Positions 27,993-32,000 of a stretch of DNA of 32,000 bases are shown piece after piece (the stretch's first letter is position 1; every line of letters starts with the position of its first letter). The stretch spans positions 390,001 to 422,000 of the forward strand of contig NC_000964.3 of NCBI RefSeq assembly GCF_000009045.1, in the 5' to 3' direction. The DNA is from Bacillus subtilis subsp. subtilis str. 168 (lineage in GTDB: Bacteria > Bacillota > Bacilli > Bacillales > Bacillaceae). The notes beneath the pieces are model-generated. The model worked only from the letters and a program-made list of their open reading frames with translations, ran no database searches and had not been told where the DNA came from. Made by a program: the position numbers and the translations under genes.

Positions 27993-29747
27993 TTGGCTGA
28001 ATTCATATTAAATGCAGCGGATTTCGGTGTTCCTAGAGATGGTAAAACGGATTCGACAGAACGGATTAATCAGTGCCTCAGTACAGCTGTTTCGAAAGGC
28101 TATCATACTGTCTGGTTTCCAAAGGGAACATATTTAATAGACGCAACGCTTGGCGGAGATCTTAATCAGAGGTTTCGAAACGCGGGGATCATTGTTCCCG
28201 GCAACCTTGAGATTATGATGGACCCCGAATGTATCATGAAAGTGATACCGAATAGTTCGTGGGGTTATTCCGCATTTTATGTAGGCAAGCAAGAGAATAT
28301 AACTATTTCCGGAGGACAAATTATCGGCGAACGGGATGAGCATACGTATGCCTCGGCGGGGATAAGGTCAACCCATGAATGGGGCTTTGGCATATGTATT
28401 GAAGGATGCTCGAATGTTGTCATTGATGATGTGAAAATTTCCGATTTTACCGGCGATGGGATCATAGTCAGCCCAAGGGGATTAAAGACCAATCAAGATT
28501 ATCGAACGTCAGAGCAAATTATCATCCGCCGCTGTGAGGTTCGGCGGTCGAGGAGAAATAACATTTCCATTACCGGATGTGACATGGTCACGGTGGAGGA
28601 ATGCTTGATTGAAGATGCCGGAACGGGGAATGGAACAGCGCCGAAATTCGGAATTGACATTGAAGGATATGGCGAAGGTGACGTTGATTATGAGGAACCG
28701 ATTAATGTATCAATTCGCAATAACCACTTTGTTGGAAACGTTTCAAGTTCTGTGACCAATTTTAACGGGTATGGCATTTTAATAGAAGGAAATCACTCAG
28801 ACAATACAATCAGCTACGGATATGGGACGCAAACAGTGATCAAGGGCAATATTCTGAGACGCCCTGAAGACGCGGCGGCTGCGCCAAGAGTCGGGATAAC
28901 CGGACTCGGTGTATCACAAGGAAAAGAGACCAGTGATGCAGTGATCGCTGGCAACCTCATTACCGGATTTTCAACTGGAATTGATGTCAGGGGAAAGAGC
29001 GTTCTTGTGACGAACAACAAAATCAGCAACTTTGAAAACACAGGGATATTGGTTTATCAGTCCTCCGACGTAAAGGTAGACGGAAACCAAATTCAAAACG
29101 GACTGTCTGAAACAAGGCGCAGCATCGGTCTTCGCGCAGTGCTGTCAGATGACATCGCATTTCTGAATAACTGTCTCATTCAAGTCGTTGACGGTGTGAA
29201 CGTTTCCGGCGGAAATATGATCATTAAAGATAATCTCCTGAGAAAATTCAGCCGGGGCATTTGGATTGCTCAAGGGAACGCGGTGATTGAAGGGAATACA
29301 CTGAATCCTGACGCGTTTGAAGCAGTGCCGGAATCATATTCTGTTTCCGTCACAAACAATGCCGGCGCCATCATCAAAAACAATACATTTAAAGAGTTCA
29401 AAAATTACCCCATTTATTGCTCCACAAGTGCAAAAACCTCAATTATCGGCAACCACTTAGAGCGATCCCCGCTTTTGGTCACCATCTATATCAGCGCAGG
29501 TGTGCATGAGATTTTTGATAATACCATTTCAGTCAACAGAACAGCCGGGAATCCGATTGTGATTTATCTCAATGGCTCTGCAGGCTCTATCATCTCTGGA
29601 AACACCATCAATAACCTCTCCGCGGGCACTGCGACAGCTATTCAAACAAACACGTCAACCAATTCCAAAATCATCGGCAACCGCATTTTTAAAGGGACCA
29701 TCAACAAACACAGCAGTGATACAATAGACGGCAATATGATTGTCTGA
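27993..29747 (+). CDS. yclG: Right-handed parallel beta-helix (pectate-lyase-superfamily-like) protein
   Basis: 584 aa; N-terminal NAADFGVPRDGKTDSTERINQ...GTYLID, then repetitive NNKISN/GNxI-type rungs. TTG start preceded by AAGGAGG. Confidence 0.88.
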   Translation: MAEFILNAADFGVPRDGKTDSTERINQCLSTAVSKGYHTVWFPKGTYLIDATLGGDLNQRFRNAGIIVPGNLEIMMDPECIMKVIPNSSWGYSAFYVGKQENITISGGQIIGERDEHTYASAGIRSTHEWGFGICIEGCSNVVIDDVKISDFTGDGIIVSPRGLKTNQDYRTSEQIIIRRCEVRRSRRNNISITGCDMVTVEECLIEDAGTGNGTAPKFGIDIEGYGEGDVDYEEPINVSIRNNHFVGNVSSSVTNFNGYGILIEGNHSDNTISYGYGTQTVIKGNILRRPEDAAAAPRVGITGLGVSQGKETSDAVIAGNLITGFSTGIDVRGKSVLVTNNKISNFENTGILVYQSSDVKVDGNQIQNGLSETRRSIGLRAVLSDDIAFLNNCLIQVVDGVNVSGGNMIIKDNLLRKFSRGIWIAQGNAVIEGNTLNPDAFEAVPESYSVSVTNNAGAIIKNNTFKEFKNYPIYCSTSAKTSIIGNHLERSPLLVTIYISAGVHEIFDNTISVNRTAGNPIVIYLNGSAGSIISGNTINNLSAGTATAIQTNTSTNSKIIGNRIFKGTINKHSSDTIDGNMIV

Positions 29748-29748
29748 A

Positions 29749-29781
29749 AAAAGCGCCCCCCTTTAGGGGTTCTTTTTTTTC
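29749..29781. terminator. Terminator between convergent yclG and yczF
   Basis: GCGCCCCCCTTTAGGGGTTC hairpin flanked by an A tract and a T8 tract. Confidence 0.7.
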
Positions 29782-29984
29782 GATTTATAGATCACGTACA
29801 TTTCTCTCACAAGTACTAACACAAAAAATAAAAGCACGACCCATTCCGCAAATGTTGTCATCTTAAAGCTGGACATATTGTTATAAACGGCTTTTGTTAA
29901 ACTGAACCCTTGAAGCATGTCCATCAACACAGAAATAGCTAATAAACAAATTAATATGAATCCGGTCACGCCCAATATCTTCAT
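29763..29984 (-). CDS. yczF: Small membrane protein
   Basis: 73 aa, two hydrophobic helices, basic C-terminus; position in the known gene order. Confidence 0.65.
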   Translation of the reverse strand: MKILGVTGFILICLLAISVLMDMLQGFSLTKAVYNNMSSFKMTTFAEWVVLLFFVLVLVREMYVIYKSKKKNP

Positions 29985-30109
29985 GCTTCATCATCCTCCG
30001 CTTTTAGTGTCTATCTTTGGCGGAGAAGTTATACCGCATCTAACCCTAATGCATAATCTCAATTTTAAAAGGAAGAATATGAGAAAACGACAAGGAAAGG
30101 TATTTGTGT

Positions 30110-31744
30110 ATGCCTTTATTTTCTAAGCGAAAGAACAATACCGATTCAAAAGACAAGCAGAATACAGACGAAAGGAATCAGGAACAGCAGCAAGAAAAAG
30201 AAAGGCCGGTTCTCATTTCTCCAAGTTTAGCAAAGAATATAGCGGAAACGAAAAAGGAAGTCGGAAGCAGCTCTGACGTCATCATTCGCGAGATTAAAAT
30301 CGGGGAGCAGGATCATGTCCACCTAGCTGTTATCTATATTTCTGGGCTGGTCGATAATAACACGATCCATGAGTCGTTAATTGACCCATTGGTACAGGAT
30401 GAGTCTATCCAGAATACTCATGCGATCCAGCAAATTCTTGAAAAAACGCTCCCGCTGGGCGGGGTGAAAGCGGAAAAGAGCTGGGACAAGCTTTTTTCCG
30501 AGTTAATGCTTGGCAATGCGCTCATTTTTGCTGATGGCCATGATGAAGCTTTGATTTGCAGCACTCAAGGGGGAGAGCAGCGCTCCATCCAAGAGCCGAG
30601 CACCCAGGTGTCATTCCGCGGCCCGCGCCAAGGGTTTACAGAGTCTCTGCAAACCAATATTTCCATGATCCGGCGATACATTAAAAATCCGAATTTATGG
30701 GTTGAAAAAATGAAAAAAGGTTCTGTTACGAATACGGATATCGCTCTCATGTACATTCAAGGAATATGTGATGAAAAGGTGCTGAAGGAAGTGAAACAGC
30801 GCCTGGAAAAAATAGATATTGACAGTATTTTGGAATCTGGATATATTGAGCAGCTGATTGAAGATGAAACCTTTACGACGTTTCCGACTATGTATCATAC
30901 AGAACGCCCTGATGTTGTAGCGGGTAATCTGTTAGAAGGAAGATTCGCGATTATTGTGGACGGAACACCGTTTGTGCTTATTGCCCCAGCCTTATTTGTC
31001 CAGTTTTTTCAGTCTGTTGAGGATTATTATTCGCGTTTTGACATTGCGACAAGCATAAGAATTCTTCGTGTTTTAGTCTTTTTCATTTCGCTTGTGGCAC
31101 CAGCTGTATACGTGGCAGCCACGACGTTTCATCAAGAAATGATACCGACTCAGCTGTTAGTGGTCATTGCGGCCCAGCGGGAAATTGTCCCGTTTCCGGC
31201 TGTTGTGGAGGCGCTGACGATGGAGGTTGCTTTTGAGATTCTGAGGGAAGCGGGAGTCAGGCTGCCCCGGGTTGTCGGCTCGGCAGTGTCAATCGTAGGC
31301 GCGCTCGTAATCGGCCAGGCTGCCGTACAGGCTGGTATCGTCTCTCCGGCAATGGTGATTATCGTGGCACTCACCGCGATTGCGAGCTTCGCAACACCGG
31401 CGTTTGCAATGGCGATTTCAGCCCGGCTTATTCGGTTTATCTTTATTATTGCCTCAGCTGTTATGGGTTTTTACGGGCTGATTTTAGGGATCATTATGAT
31501 GTTTGTCCACTTATGCAGTCTTCGTTCATTCGGCGTTCCATATATGTCGCCGCTTGCACCTTTTTCTTCACAAGGCGTAAAGGACGCGCTTTTCCGGGTT
31601 CCGTGGTGGGCCGATGAAAAAAGGCCGGAATCGGTCAGCAAGGAAGATAAGGTGCGGCAGGGGAAAGATCAACGCCCAGAGCCGGCCGCTTCACGAGGAA
31701 TGGTGAACAAAGATTTGGAAGAAGGGGATCAGAATGGTACGTAA
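30110..31744 (+). CDS. gerKA: Spore germinant receptor A subunit
   Basis: GerA family: DVVAGNLLEGRFAIIVDGTPFVLIAP, PFPAVVEALTMEVAFEILREAGVRLPR. The preferred start is ATG 30110; the track gives 30104. Confidence 0.95.
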   Translation: MPLFSKRKNNTDSKDKQNTDERNQEQQQEKERPVLISPSLAKNIAETKKEVGSSSDVIIREIKIGEQDHVHLAVIYISGLVDNNTIHESLIDPLVQDESIQNTHAIQQILEKTLPLGGVKAEKSWDKLFSELMLGNALIFADGHDEALICSTQGGEQRSIQEPSTQVSFRGPRQGFTESLQTNISMIRRYIKNPNLWVEKMKKGSVTNTDIALMYIQGICDEKVLKEVKQRLEKIDIDSILESGYIEQLIEDETFTTFPTMYHTERPDVVAGNLLEGRFAIIVDGTPFVLIAPALFVQFFQSVEDYYSRFDIATSIRILRVLVFFISLVAPAVYVAATTFHQEMIPTQLLVVIAAQREIVPFPAVVEALTMEVAFEILREAGVRLPRVVGSAVSIVGALVIGQAAVQAGIVSPAMVIIVALTAIASFATPAFAMAISARLIRFIFIIASAVMGFYGLILGIIMMFVHLCSLRSFGVPYMSPLAPFSSQGVKDALFRVPWWADEKRPESVSKEDKVRQGKDQRPEPAASRGMVNKDLEEGDQNGT

Positions 31745-32000
31745 ATGTCTATTAGCCGTTCTCATGCTTTTGAGCGTCATTGTGCTGCCCGGCTGCTGGG
31801 ATAAGCGGGAGCTGACGGATCTTGCGATTATCTCGGCGATTGGCATCGATCGGACAAACGACAGCAACTACGTGCTGCATCTTCAAATTATCAATCCAGG
31901 AAATGTTGCCGGCGGCCTTCAGGGAGGCGGTGCTGGAGACAGGCCGCCTGTATCTGTCTATTCGATTGAAGGTAACAATATAACGGAAGCACTCAGAAAA
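31734..32000 (+). CDS. gerKC: Spore germinant receptor C subunit lipoprotein, 3'-truncated by the window edge
   Basis: MVRKCLLAVLMLLSVIVLPGCWDKRELTDLAIISAIGIDR, GerC lipoprotein start with lipobox LPGC; overlaps the gerKA end by 11 bp. Confidence 0.92.
   Translation, partial: MVRKCLLAVLMLLSVIVLPGCWDKRELTDLAIISAIGIDRTNDSNYVLHLQIINPGNVAGGLQGGGAGDRPPVSVYSIEGNNITEALRK

Noticed and set aside
1-32000. Mobile element, prophage, CRISPR, toxin-antitoxin or restriction system
   Set aside because: No transposase, integrase, cas, regularly spaced repeats, or recognisable TA/RM pair was seen; most of the window is explained by known core B. subtilis genes.

Overview
This window matches the Bacillus subtilis 168-type chromosome region from the 3' two-thirds of srfAB (surfactin synthetase) to the start of gerKC. 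Identification is from recalled protein families and gene order; no database was searched. Gene order: srfAB (partial, with comS nested out of frame), srfAC, srfAD, ycxA, ycxB(-), ycxC(-), ycxD, sfp(-), yczE(-), tcyCBA(-), bsdA(-), bsdBCD, yclD, yclE, dtpT/yclF(-), yclG, yczF(-), gerKA, gerKC (partial). The most important observation is that sfp, the PPTase needed to activate the NRPS, carries a one-base insertion matching the known sfp0 allele of strain 168, so the surfactin assembly line is structurally intact but should be silent. Other points: competence gene comS inside srfAB; a G+C-rich block over the sixth (D-Leu) module suggesting recombination between modules; antiparallel overlapping ycxC/ycxD promoters with a 12-bp palindrome; a structured intergenic region between yczE and tcyC; a LysR-type operator between bsdA and bsdB; and a possible GTG start for bsdB. 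I found no tRNA, rRNA, CRISPR or mobile element, and no clearly undescribed multi-gene system.
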